Shown here: positions 23,925-35,709 of the stretch, one piece after another | Numbering within the stretch: the first letter of the stretch is position 1 | Layout: the number at the start of each line of letters is the position of its first letter | Source: Mustelus asterias | Lineage: Eukaryota | Assembly (NCBI RefSeq): GCF_964213995.1 | Contig: NW_027590443.1 | Coordinates: 1 to 64,000, forward strand | Length of the DNA: 64,000 nt | Reading direction: 5' to 3' | Translations under genes and position numbers: made by a program | Notes under the pieces: generated by a model | What the model was told of the DNA's origin: nothing | The model's database searches: none | Seen by the model: the letters and a program-made list of their open reading frames with translations, nothing else

Positions 23925-25930
23925 CTAAACAAAAAAAAATAATTAGTTTTTAAATCAAAATTTAACTTTGATAATATATCAAAAATATACACAATTTTAA
24001 TGGAATGGTGTTTTTGATTCTTTAAGCATTTCTTACTGATGAAACCCACAACAAATCTGGGTTAGACTGCAGCTTTGGATTTGAACTTCTGATTTGAAAC
24101 CACGACATCAAGGCATCAACAAAACCAAAAATCACCAGAAACAAATTACTGAAATCTAATCATATTCATCAACTAGCGTACTTTTCAATTTTAAAATGTT
24201 AGCATCCTTTCAGTACATAGATTCAATTTGGTTCAACGACAAACACCCATTCCGTTCTACTTGCCTACAACACTGGAGTTCAACTGTATTTGAAAACACA
24301 TTATTTCTCAGGTTTTGAACTGAAAACACTGGAAAAATATCGACAACATATTCAAATAAATTAACACTATGGTTCTTTTATGCTTAGAAGGTAATTTAGT
24401 AAAGCCACTAGGGCATTTGTAACACTTGTCAATGGTCTTCTTGCATCTCTGCCCTCACATACATTCAACTTTTGGTGGAGGGAATGGGAATCTAAGATGA
24501 CTGCAGTTGTAAACTACTAAGCATACCAAAGTAGATTATAAAGCTGCATTATTGTTCATGGGGTCACTTTGAAAGTTTAACCTTCTTACACAAGATAAAT
24601 TTGCTGTCACCTACAGGTGAAAAATAAAATCACCTTCTGAAGTATATTACAGACCAGCAAAAGATTTGCATATGGAACTTGTGTTTTTTTGCCTCTAAAT
24701 TGCTGTTGTGCCTATCTTTCCCTCTGCAAAATACAATGGAGAAGTCCAAACTGTCTTGTTTACATGTGAAAAAGCGGAGTATGGCAAATGTGTTATTTTA
24801 TTTAAGTACAAAGCCAAGATTTTGCATAGCAAAGATGCAACTTACAAATAGAAAAAAAATGAGGCAAGAGATAAAAGTTTGATACTTCTTCAAATTTCAG
24901 CAATACGAATTATACTCATTGCTGCTCTGAACGGATGCTGAATCCACCACCATGCAGTACATCAATCCTTCATGTCAAAAACAGGACTTTCAAAGTAATA
25001 GCTTCAAATAAGAAACTAAAGATAATCTAAGTCTGTGTTTCAAATACTTCAGACAGATTTACTTAAACCCAAACTCGAATCTTAAAAGATAAAATATGCA
25101 ACAATTTGTATGTCCTGCTACTCAACACAGGTTAAGTCGAGACAGTGATCAATTTGCTATGGATGCATTCTATAATGAAGCAAGCCAAGTAGCTTAGAGG
25201 TGGAGTGTGTTTCATATCTTTGAAAGAATCTGAGCTTCTTTCAGCCTGTTTTTCCAGGAAGGCATCTAGTCAGACAATGATGGGATGGAGTGAGCTACAG
25301 TCTATAGCACATTATAACATAGAACATAGAAAAGCTACAGCACAAACATAACACAAATGCCACCTCATAAATGGTATTGACTTCTTTGATAATATTACAA
25401 TGGCCTCAGAGGAGATCTGGTCACAGCAAAATTTAGGTATCGCTAAATTAAATTGTAATCAAATACAGAACCACAAAGCATTCGAGCAATCAATGAAATA
25501 CTTCAATCATCAGGATCCAGACTCAACAGTAAATCTTGCTGTGAATTTTAGGATAAACCTGTCTCATTAAAAAGCAAAGTGGCTTTATCAGATGTCTGTG
25601 ACACCCTAAAGCTATTCTGATGGACAGCTGTCCAGATATAATGAGGGGAACAATCTCCAAGCAGTACTCAGAGATAACTCCTAGAACTTGGTAAAGGATC
25701 AATGGGGATCAAAATTCTCAGCACCCATATTGTACAACATTATGTTGAATACTGCTGCATGCAACAATATTCATGAAAATTGTTTGAATGGTTCAATAGC
25801 TTTCGAAAAAATATCTACATTAGATTGGAAATAAGAACATAAGAACATAAGAAATAGGAGCAGGAGTAGGCCATCTAGCCCCTCGAGCCTGCCCCGCCAT
25901 TCAATAAGATCATGGCTGATCTGACGTGGA

Positions 25931-28900
25931 TCAGTACCACTTACCCGCCTGATCCCCATAACCCTTAATTCCCTTACCGATCAGGAATCCATCCATCTGC
26001 GCTTTAAACATATTCAGCGAGGTAGCCTCCACCACCTCAGTGGGCAGAGAATTCCAGAGATTCACGACCCTCTGGGAGAAGTTCCTCCTCAACTCTGTCT
26101 TAAACCGACCCCCCTTTATTTTGAGGCTGTGTCCTCTAGTTTTAACTTCCTTACTAAGTGGAAAGAATCTCTCCGCCTCCACCCTATCCAGCCCCCGCAT
26201 TATCTTATAAGTCTCCATAAGATCCCCCCTCATCCTTCTAAACTCCAACGAGTACAAACCCAATCTCCTCAGCCTCTCCTCATAATCCAAACCCCTCATC
26301 TCCGGTATCAACCTGGTGAACCTTCTCTGCACTCCCTCCAATGCCAATATATCCTTCCTCATATAAGGGGACCAATACTGCACACAGTATTCCAGCTGCG
26401 GCCTCACCAATGCCCTGTACAGGTGCATCAAGACATCCCTGCTTTTATATTCTATCCCCCTCGCAATATAGGCCAACATCCCATTTGCCTTCTTGATCAC
26501 CTGTTGTACCTGCAGACTGGGCTTTTGCGTCTCATGCACAAGGACCCCCAGGTCCCTTTGCACGGTAGCATGTTTTAATTTGTTTCCATTGAGATAGTAA
26601 TCCCATTTGTTATTATTTCCTCCAAAGTGTATAACCTCGCATTTCTCAACGTTATACTCCATTTGCCATATCCTCGCCCACTCACTCAGCCTGTCCAAAT
26701 CTCTCTGCAGATCTTCTCCGTCCTCCACACGATTCACTTTTCCACTTATCTTTGTGTCGTCTGCAAACTTCGTTACCCTACACTCCGTCCCCTCCTCCAG
26801 ATCATCTATATAAATGGTAAACAGTTGCGGCCCGAGTACCGATCCCTGCGGCACGCCACTAGTTACCTTCCTCCAACCGGAAAAACACCCATTTATTCCG
26901 ACTCTTTGCTTCCTGTCGGATAGCCAGTCCCCAATCCTCTTTAACACACTACCCCCAACTCCGTCTGCCCTAATCTTCTTCAGCAGCCTTTTATGGGGCA
27001 CCTTATCAAACGCCTTTTGGAAATCCAAAAACACCGCATCCACCGGTTCTCCTCCATCAACCGCCCTCGTCACATCTTCATAAAAATCCAACATGTTCGT
27101 CAAGCACGACTTTCCCCTCATGAATCCATGCTGCGTCTGATTGATCGAACCATTTCTATCCAGATGCCCTGCTATCTCCTCTTTAATAATGGATTCCAGC
27201 ATTTTCCCTACTACAGACGTTAAGCTGACCGGCCTATAGTTACCCGCCTTTTGTCTCCTTCCTTTTTTAAACAGCGGCGTAACATTAGCCGTTTTCCAAT
27301 CAACCGGCACTACCCCAGAATGCAACGCGTTTTGATAAATAATCACTAACGCATCCACTATTACCTCTGACATTTCTTTCAATACCCTGGGATGCATTCC
27401 ATCCGGACCCGGGGACTTGTCCACCTTCAGTCCCATTAGTCTACCCAGCACTGCCTCTCTGGTAACATTAATCGTATTAAGTATTTCTCCTGCTGCCAAC
27501 CCTCTATCGTTAATATTTGGCAAACTATTTGTGTCCTCCACCGTGAAGACCGACACAAAAAACGTATTTAAAGACTCAGCCATATCCTCATTTCCCACTA
27601 TTAACTCCCCCCTCTCGTCCTCCAAGGGTCCAGCATTCACTCTAGCCACTCTATTCCTTTTTATATATTTATAAAAACTTTTACTATCATTTTTTATATT
27701 AATTGCTAGCCTAGCTTCATAGTCTATCCTTCCTTTCTTTATCGCTTTCTTAGTCTCTCTTTGTTGTTTCTTAAATTTTTCCCAATCACTTGTTTCTCCA
27801 CTATTTTTGGCCACTCTGTACGCAGCTGTTTTTATTTTAATACTCTCCTTTATTTCCTTCGTTATCCACGGCTGGTTCTCCCTTTTCTTACAATCCTTGT
27901 TTTTTGCTGGAATATACTTTTGCTGAGAACTGAAAAGGATCTCCTTAAAAATCCTCCACTGTTCCTCAGCTATCCTACCTGCCAGCCTGCTCTCCCAGTC
28001 TACCTTAGCCAATTCATCCCTCATCCTATCATATTTCCCTCTGTTCAAACAGAGGACACTGGTTTGAGACCAAACTTTCTCCTCTTCCATCTGAATCAGA
28101 AATTCGACCATATTGTGGTCACTAGACCCAAGAGGGTCCTTCACAATAAGATCCTTAATTCTACCTACCTCGTTACACAATACCAGATCCAAAATAGCTC
28201 GTTCCCTCGTCGGTTCCGTAACATGCTGTTCAAGGAAACTATCCCGACAGCATTCTAAGAACTCTTCCTCCATTCCACCCTTACCGACTTGAGTCTGCCA
28301 GTCAATGTGCATGTTGAAGTCCCCCATGATTATTGCCGTTCCGTTTTTACACGCATCCCTTATCTGCTTGTTTATAGCCCTCCCTACCTCAACATTATTA
28401 TTTGGGGGCCTATATACCACACCTACTAGTGTCTTTCTCCCTCTACTATTCCTCATCTCTACCCATAATGATTCCACGTTTTGTTCCTCAGAGCCTATGT
28501 CATCCCTCAGTACTACCCTGATATTATCTCTTATTAATAGCGCGACCCCACCACCTTTTCCTTCCTGTCTATTCTTCCTAAACGCCTGATACCCCTGGAT
28601 ATTCATCTCCCAGTCCTGGTCACCTTTCAGCCACGTTTCTGTAATGGCCACTAGATCGTACCCACTTGTGCTGATTTGCACCATCAACTCATTCACCTTG
28701 TTCCGAATGCTTCGTGCATTCAGGCAAAGTGTCCTTATTCCAGCTTTTATCTGGACCCGCTTTGATGAGTCGCGAACACCGTCTCCCTCTACTCCCTTAT
28801 CTAAATTACCGCCTTCATTCACTTGCACCCTCTCCTCTACCATTAATTTTGTAATTCCCCTTACCCCTGCATCCTCCCCCCCATCAATTAGTTCCTTGAT

Positions 28901-28933
28901 CCTAGTCAACTCTTCTAGCTCCCCTCCCCCCAA
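25931..28933 (-). CDS. CR1 ORF2p: APE endonuclease and reverse transcriptase (about 1000 aa)
   Basis: LNARSIRNK, ITETWL, MGDFN, SDHN, KSPGPDG, DFQKAFDKVPH, GVPQGSVLGP, FADD; no stop over 3 kb. The listed start is TTG and the first in-frame ATG is 30 codons later. Confidence 0.96.
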   Translation of the reverse strand: MGGGELEELTRIKELIDGGEDAGVRGITKLMVEERVQVNEGGNLDKGVEGDGVRDSSKRVQIKAGIRTLCLNARSIRNKVNELMVQISTSGYDLVAITETWLKGDQDWEMNIQGYQAFRKNRQEGKGGGVALLIRDNIRVVLRDDIGSEEQNVESLWVEMRNSRGRKTLVGVVYRPPNNNVEVGRAINKQIRDACKNGTAIIMGDFNMHIDWQTQVGKGGMEEEFLECCRDSFLEQHVTEPTRERAILDLVLCNEVGRIKDLIVKDPLGSSDHNMVEFLIQMEEEKVWSQTSVLCLNRGKYDRMRDELAKVDWESRLAGRIAEEQWRIFKEILFSSQQKYIPAKNKDCKKRENQPWITKEIKESIKIKTAAYRVAKNSGETSDWEKFKKQQRETKKAIKKGRIDYEARLAINIKNDSKSFYKYIKRNRVARVNAGPLEDERGELIVGNEDMAESLNTFFVSVFTVEDTNSLPNINDRGLAAGEILNTINVTREAVLGRLMGLKVDKSPGPDGMHPRVLKEMSEVIVDALVIIYQNALHSGVVPVDWKTANVTPLFKKGRRQKAGNYRPVSLTSVVGKMLESIIKEEIAGHLDRNGSINQTQHGFMRGKSCLTNMLDFYEDVTRAVDGGEPVDAVFLDFQKAFDKVPHKRLLKKIRADGVGGSVLKRIGDWLSDRKQRVGINGCFSGWRKVTSGVPQGSVLGPQLFTIYIDDLEEGTECRVTKFADDTKISGKVNRVEDGEDLQRDLDRLSEWARIWQMEYNVEKCEVIHFGGNNNKWDYYLNGNKLKHATVQRDLGVLVHETQKPSLQVQQVIKKANGMLAYIARGIEYKSRDVLMHLYRALVRPQLEYCVQYWSPYMRKDILALEGVQRRFTRLIPEMRGLDYEERLRRLGLYSLEFRRMRGDLMETYKIMRGLDRVEAERFFPLSKEVKTRGHSLKIKGGRFKTELRRNFSQRVVNLWNSLPTEVVEATSLNMFKAQMDGFLIGKGIKGYGDQAGKWY

Positions 28934-28938
28934 CCTAT

Positions 28939-29877
28939 CTAGTTTAAATTCTCCCCAGTAGCCTTAGCCAACCTACCGGCCAGGATATTGGTCCCCGTGT
29001 GATTCAAGTTCCACCCGTTTTTTGTATACAGATCACCCCTGCCCCTAAAGAGGTCCCAATGGTCCAGGAACCTGAATCCCTGCCCCCTGCACCAGTCCCT
29101 CAGCCACACATTCATCCTCCACCTCACTCCATTCCTGCCCTCACCTTCCCGTGGCACAGGCAGTAATCCTGAGATTACTACCTTTGCTTTCCTCTTTCTC
29201 AGCTGTCTCCCTAATTCCCTGTACTCCCTTTTCATGACCCCTTCTCCCTTCCTACCCACATCAGCGGTACCAATATGTACCGCTACCTCAGGCTCCTCTC
29301 CCTCCCACCTCAGGATTTCCGGGACGCGACTAGCGACATCCTGGATCCCGGCCCCAGGGAGGCAGACCACCATGCGAGAATCCCGCCTACCTCCGCAGAA
29401 ACGCCTGTCTGTCCCCTTCACCATCGAGTCCCCGATTAATACCGCCTTCCTCCTCTTTTCCTTAGCCCTCTGAGTTACAGGGCTGGACTCCACTGCGGAG
29501 ACACGGCCACTGCTGCTTCCCCCAGGCGGGCTGTCCCCCCCAGCAGTACTCAAGCAGGAGTACTTGTTGTGCAGGGGCAAATCCACCGGGGTGCTCTCAA
29601 CCACCCTAGCCTTACCCTTCCTGGCCGTCACCCACTTGGCCTCTTCCCGTGGCCCTGGTGTGACCACCTGATGATAGCTCTTGTCTATCACCTCCTCATT
29701 CTCCCTCATCAGCCTAAGATCCTCGAGTTGTAGTTCCAGCTCCCTAACACGGTCTCTCAGGAACCGCAGCTCGACACACCCCTCACAGATGTGGATGTCC
29801 GGGAGGCCAGATGCCTCCAGGACCTCCCACATCCTACACTGGGAACAACACATTGGTTTCACACTCATACTGGACAC
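28939..29877 (-). CDS. CR1 ORF1p: zinc finger, coiled coil and SGNH esterase domain (312 aa)
   Basis: CSQC-x15-CEGC, heptad-like LRDRVRELELQLEDLR, esterase motifs IGDSMV, CLPGA and VHIGTAD. Confidence 0.93.
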   Translation of the reverse strand: MSSMSVKPMCCSQCRMWEVLEASGLPDIHICEGCVELRFLRDRVRELELQLEDLRLMRENEEVIDKSYHQVVTPGPREEAKWVTARKGKARVVESTPVDLPLHNKYSCLSTAGGDSPPGGSSSGRVSAVESSPVTQRAKEKRRKAVLIGDSMVKGTDRRFCGGRRDSRMVVCLPGAGIQDVASRVPEILRWEGEEPEVAVHIGTADVGRKGEGVMKREYRELGRQLRKRKAKVVISGLLPVPREGEGRNGVRWRMNVWLRDWCRGQGFRFLDHWDLFRGRGDLYTKNGWNLNHTGTNILAGRLAKATGENLN

Positions 29878-31384
29878 TTTATGTCAAGTAAGACAGTGAA
29901 AAGTTAATAAGAGTGTAAGGAAACAAAAACTCACCCCTGCTCGTCCAAGCCCTGTGAGCCAAAGCCCTGACAGCTCACTCAACTTCCCACTCACTCTGCT
30001 GCCCGCTACGATGCTGCCCGCTGTATACTTTGGTGCACTTTTAAACCCTCCAAAAACTTCCCCTGGCCACTCCTGGCCTGACTTCCGGTTTTGAAAAAAA
30101 CCTCCGATTTTAAACCCAAAATTAACTGAAAAAATAAATAATTAATTACAGTCAGAAAACCCACTCTCTTACCCTCAGCCTGCTCCTGGGAACAATGTCC
30201 TTGATTACCACAGATGTGTATGATATGGCTATATTAATCAGTTTCACGGCATTTAAATTTCATAATAAGCTTGGCACAAAGTAATTCAGTTGCAAGAAGC
30301 TTTTCCCAAAATTTTCTTTCAATGTTTTTCTGCAGGACTGGACAATTAGTCCATAAATGACTCTCATTAATGGGTTAACAGCATGTATAAACCAACTGAA
30401 AAGTTTAATTTTTAAAAGGGCTATTTAAAAGGGCTTTACCATGGCTATTGGAACTCTCAAATTGACGCTTATCCAGTTTTGGTAACGCAATATAAAGGAA
30501 AGATGGGTGTTTAAATTCTAGGAACACCATGTGTTGAACAAAAAAATTGGACAATAATCAGCTGCCTAAAATAGGAAGCTTAGCTTACAATTTTGGGGGC
30601 AAGTATGTTATGCTTGCCACTTGCTGACATTCTTAATTCCTTATGAAGTAGAGTGATTTGGGATTTCTGAGCAGTGGTAAATATGTAGAATTGCATTAAA
30701 AGGACACAACGTTAAAGGAAATGGGTTTTCAATATCAAACCATTTTTCTTTGGCTTTCATTTGCTGGCACTTGGGTTCTTGTGCCTTTGTGCCCAGCCTT
30801 CAAAAGAAGCACAGTGAAAATTAAAGGAATAAAACTGGCTAAAAGGCTCCACCAATGGCTCAAGTTTGCTTAGTGAACAATTTTTTTATTTAGTTTCAGA
30901 AGGTTCCAGGTTTGATCCCCATTCTATGCTGAGTTATTTCAGTAATGACATTAGTAAGGGAGCTATGATTGGCCTCAGCACAACTGTATGAAAGAGAAGA
31001 GTGAGTGTTGGTGGGGAGAAATTGCTCGTGTCCTGTTTACAGCTGATGTCCAACAGGCTTTGATGGAAGTACAAGTGGGGTTCTTAGGTGAGACAGGACA
31101 GTTTTTAGTGTGATTCAAATGTGAAACTTGCTATCAGAAGGAGTAGTCGAGGTGAAAAGCATGGATACATTTACGTTACATTAGCATGAGAAAGAATAGT
31201 TTATGCTGATAGATAGATTAAGCAGAATGGAAGGAACCATGTGGAGTAGAAATGTGGCACAGACCATCTAGGCTGAATGAAATGCTTCTCTGCTTGAAAT
31301 TTTTTTTTTGCCCAGTACCACCATCATCTACACAAATCCCCAATGCAAGAGTTTAGAAGAGGAAGGATTCCAAACAAACATCTT

Positions 31385-31915
31385 AATTAGGAGCAGGCCA
31401 TTTAGTCCCTCAAGCCTGCTCCATCATTCAGTGAGACCATGGCTGATCTGATTGCAACCTCAACCCCACATCCCTGCCTACCCTGGGCAATCTTTCACCC
31501 TATTGTTAATCAAGAATCTATCTAACTCTGCCTTAAAAATATTCAAAGATTCTACTACCACTGCCTTTTAAGGAAGAGTTCTAGAGATTCAGACCTCAGA
31601 AAAAAAGTTCTAATTTCCATCTTAAATGATTAACTCATTTTTAAACAGTGATCCCTAGTTCTAGATTCTCCAACAAGAAGAAACATCCACTCCACATCCA
31701 CCCTGCCAATACTGCTCAGGATCTTAAAGGTTTCAATCAAGTCACCTTTTACCTCTTAAAACTCTAGTGGATACAAACCTAACCCTTTCACCTTTCCCCA
31801 TAAGACAAATCCACTCATGCCTGGTGTTCGTCAAATAAACCTTCTCTCACTTGTTCCTAATGCATTATACCTTTCCTTAGATAAGGAGACCAATACTGTA
31901 CACTGTACTCCTTTT
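31385..31915 (-). mobile_element. Decayed CR1 3' fragment
   Basis: ggagcaggccatttagtccctcaagcctgctcc 3' UTR motif and ORF2-end remnants. Confidence 0.75.
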
Positions 31916-33557
31916 CTTAATTCCCTCCACCTCCAGTTTCAGCTAGCTAACAAGTATATGGAGATATCTTTCTAAAAGCTTTCAAAATTTATACCCAATA
32001 TTATAATGACCCCCATTTAAATTGTGCTTATCCCTTTAAATTTCATTTACGGTATCTGCAATTTTCTGCTTCAAAAAGTACTGCACGCCTACACCTGTCC
32101 AAATTTGCACCTAAAGCTATGCTAGTTGACAAAACCCGGAATACTGATTTCAACTTAATTTCATCCTCATAAAACCCACTCAATCATTTCAGTCCAAAGT
32201 GAACCAACATTGTAACTTTAGGCAATTTAATTGAGATTGTGAGGCTATGTGCAAGTTAGAAATCTAAGAGTCAGGTTCAGAAATGGTGACAACACTCTCT
32301 AAAGTTCACTGAAAGCATAATCCTAAGTGGCTAAGCAGCTGGGCTATTTTCACATGTTGGGTTTAGGTGTGTTAGTCAATAGTAAATGGAAAAAGGACCC
32401 GAAGTCCAATCCCAATTCGTGCTGGAATCTTAGAAATCAGTACTGGAATATTTTTTAGGGGGTCAGAAATGGAATAAAGAGAGGGGAGTAGTGCTATCAT
32501 GTATACAAAGTGCATATGTTGGGAAAAGTTTCCCATGTCTCCAGTAGAAGAGATCTTTCAGAACATTTTTCTAAGGGAAGAATTTTTTGCTCTTCTGTGG
32601 AAGAATGCAGGTGAATAATTTGACCATGGTTTTTATGAATCAGTATTGGGTGGGACAGGAATTTTGATCGTTAACTCAAATCCAGTGGCAGACACTGAAG
32701 CATTAATAAAACACTGACCAAAGAGCAAAGTGGCATGAACCATTTTCCAAACTGTAGATTTAAATTTCAACTACCAGGAAAAACAGGACTTGATAAACAT
32801 ATGCAACAGAAATTCATTATTTTGCAGCATAGTTTAAAAAATCTTTGCATATGAAATGTTTGCCTATACACGTGTGGGCAAGATCCTCAATTCATGTAGG
32901 AAAGAATAGTTCAGAACAAGAGTTTGGAACAGGCTGGATGGAAGTAAGGTTAAAAGGTGTTAGCGCCTCTATGACTACACAACAAAAAAACCTATTAAGT
33001 TTACTTAACGCAACGTCTCTTTCAACATCTCCTTACTTCCACTCAAGCCACAGATCTACTCTTTTACTGCTGGTGAAACAGGAAAACTATCAGGAGTTCC
33101 TCAGGTAGGAAACACAAATTTTTTACAGAACCTCACCATTTAACTAGAGCTTCACAGCTTTCTGGACTCAGTTCAACAATTTCAGGTTGTATTCTTTGCC
33201 CCCAAGTCCTGTCCATTTTTTGGAGAGAAGCTATTGGTGACAATTTTGCTTTTTCTATTTATAGCTCCTCAAGATATCTTTACTTTCTTTACTTGTCCCA
33301 CTACCATAACCTTTTGCCTTGCATTCCTTTCATTATTCAAATCCACTGTACCACAGACCTTCCCTTTTGTTCTCTCATCCCCTCCCCCTTTCCCTGCCTT
33401 TCTTAAAAACTGTTGCATATCTCAAGTTCTACAAAGAATTATCAATCTGAAATGTTAACTTTTCCCTTCGCACAGATATTTCCAGACCTGCATAGCTTTT
33501 AGAGATCAAATTTCTTTTTGAGACATCTTTTTGCGAGGTTTAATAGAAATAACGTAC

Positions 33558-33897
33558 ATGTAACAGAGTTTCCAGCCGGCTGGTACTGCAATCTATGTTG
33601 ATCTGCTTCAGGCTCTTCAGGCTCAACTTGACTTGGTAGAGTTGCAGGAAGGGCAGAAGGAACTGCTGTGGTGGGTAACTGGGCAAGATGCCCTCCTCCA
33701 GGTTGAGAGATACTGGCTCCTTGCTGAGCTTTCTGCTGCTGCAGTTGATCATGCTTCTTCTGCTGCTCCTCCAGCTTCTCTTGTTTTTCCCGAACCAACT
33801 GCCGTTGCTCTCTTTTCCGTTTGATCAGAGACACACGATCTTTAATGGCTTTTGCCATAGTTTTGTGATCTCCTTCGGATACAAATCCAGATTCCAC
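33558..33897 (-). CDS. WNK1: WNK1 exon 7 (end of autoinhibitory domain, coiled coil, EPEEPEADQH acidic KLHL3 degron)
   Basis: atgcag|GTGGAA acceptor, ACAT|GTACGT donor, 340 nt, phase 0 to 1; VESGFVSEGDHKTMAKAIKDRV...EPEEPEADQHRLQYQ. Confidence 0.96.
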
Positions 33898-34203
33898 CTG
33901 CATGAAGTACAGTAACACACCAAGTCAAAAATGTATTACCACTTTTTCCATTCAGAGAAAATGGCGATCGAAATCCTTCAATATTGAAGATAAATTTGTG
34001 TTTGGTATGTTTCTCAGTGCAACTTACACACCTTGCACAGGAACGGTTTACAGGTAAATTATTTCACTCTGTTGGTGAGCAATGACAACTACATGGTTCA
34101 GTTTCTGAATTCACATTTTTTTTGTGTGAGCTGCAGTCACAAACATAGCTGGGACTCAAATACTAGCACATAAGTTAGGTTTAGTATTAACGCAATGACT
34201 TAC

Positions 34204-34423
34204 CATTTCCTGAGCCACATCCTCCGGAACATCTCTTTCCAAGTCAAACGAGAATTCTATGGCTTCATTATCCTTATACTTTCCTTTAAGTTTCTTAATG
34301 TCTTCAATTCGTAGCCAAAGCTTAATTGCAAGCTTTTCGCCATCATCTTCTTCTGCCAACTCTACACGAACACCAGTATCTTCTTGAAAGAAAGCATGAC
34401 TCAAAAGGTCCTTAATTGCATAC
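34204..34423 (-). CDS. WNK1: WNK1 exon 6 (kinase C-terminus and autoinhibitory PF2/CCT-like domain)
   Basis: gttgtag|G acceptor, ATG|GTAAGT donor, 220 nt, phase 2 to 0; [25 protein letters not shown]...DVAQEM. Confidence 0.97.
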
Positions 34424-35530
34424 CTACAACCAAATACAAATAATTAAACTCACTAAGCTAACAGTGATGTTGGGGAAAAGAAATTGCATCTATTTCAAGC
34501 GATCAGCAACATTATCAAGTAAATGCAAATCAGGTACAGCACAAACTGATGCAGAGTAAAACTCCCTCTGGTCACATATCTCATTTCCAACTATAAGAGT
34601 AGGAGGCTTTTCTGCACAGGTTACACTTATTTCCAATACCAGTGAGTCTGTAGTCTCTTACATGATATTGCCAAACAATAATAATGAACCATTCTGCACT
34701 CGGGTTCTCTGCCTATGAGATTGAGGTTACCCATTTGTATGGTGCATGATCCTAGAGCCAGCAGATGAAGATGTTCATTTCATGTCAGGAGTGGATTAAA
34801 ATTCACGACCTTGAGGTCAAAAGTTTTCCAAATAACTAACATTTAAAACTTTTCACAACTATCTTATACAAATTCTTATCTGGAATTTCTATTCCCCATC
34901 CAAACTTTTCTTCCTTTAGATCCTGAACCGAGCCAGTGACACCCACATCAATGAACAAATTCACTTCATGGCAATGTTCTCATTACTTTCAGCACCAATC
35001 TACTTCTCATCTGAGAAGAATGTCCTTTCTTCTCCCCAGACCTCTCAAGTGAACTACAATGCCCCAATTGAAAGTTACTTACTCTTGGATCTCTCTACTT
35101 GCATTTCCTGTTATCCATAACAATGTGGTTCAATTAACTTTTGATTTTACAACCTATCATGCCCCTTATTTTGAAAACAGCACCATAATTCGGTTTGGAA
35201 CCTCCCAAGATAAAGCACCAAGATTGCTCCAGACAGTGAATTCACTCTCATTGCTAACGGCAGCATCTACCTGTGCTGCATGCTATTCTGTTTGAATACA
35301 AAGATCACTGATGAACTGGCAAACAAATTTCACAACATAAAATTGAACTTGAATGAACTTCTTCTGAACCTAACTTCATGACATGTGAATTCCAGTGAAT
35401 TCACTGCTTCTGGAAAATAAATACACTCTCTCCAGGGCATTAACTTGTATTGCAATTGTAAAAAACATCACATGTGCAATTCAACTTTTAAATCCCACAT
35501 CACTTTAACAGCAGCTGTCAAGACATTCAC

Positions 35531-35619
35531 CGTTCATCTTTATTCTGGCGGATACATCCTTCGATTATTTCTTTAACTTCAGGGATTGCTACCTTGTCAA
35601 AGCTGGCTGGTTTCACCCC
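35531..35619 (-). CDS. WNK1: WNK1 exon 5 (end of kinase domain, [30 protein letters not shown])
   Basis: Polypyrimidine tract with ccttag|GGGGTGAAA acceptor; donor GAACG|GTGAAT; 89 nt, phase 0 to 2. Confidence 0.96.
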
Positions 35620-35709
35620 CTAAGGAATAAAAGGAAATAAAACATGAAACACAAAAATGAAAATCAGTAAAAAAGAGAGAAAATCTTTGAATGCACATCA
35701 GATCAAGTT

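Larger units (their letters stand above)
25831..30190 (-). mobile_element. Apparently full-length CR1 LINE with two open ORFs
   Basis: About 310-nt 5' UTR with an ETS-type CCGGAAGT site, ORF1, ORF2, short 3' UTR and (TTCTTATG)n tail; CpGs retained. The 5' boundary is approximate and there is no clear TSD. Confidence 0.95.
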
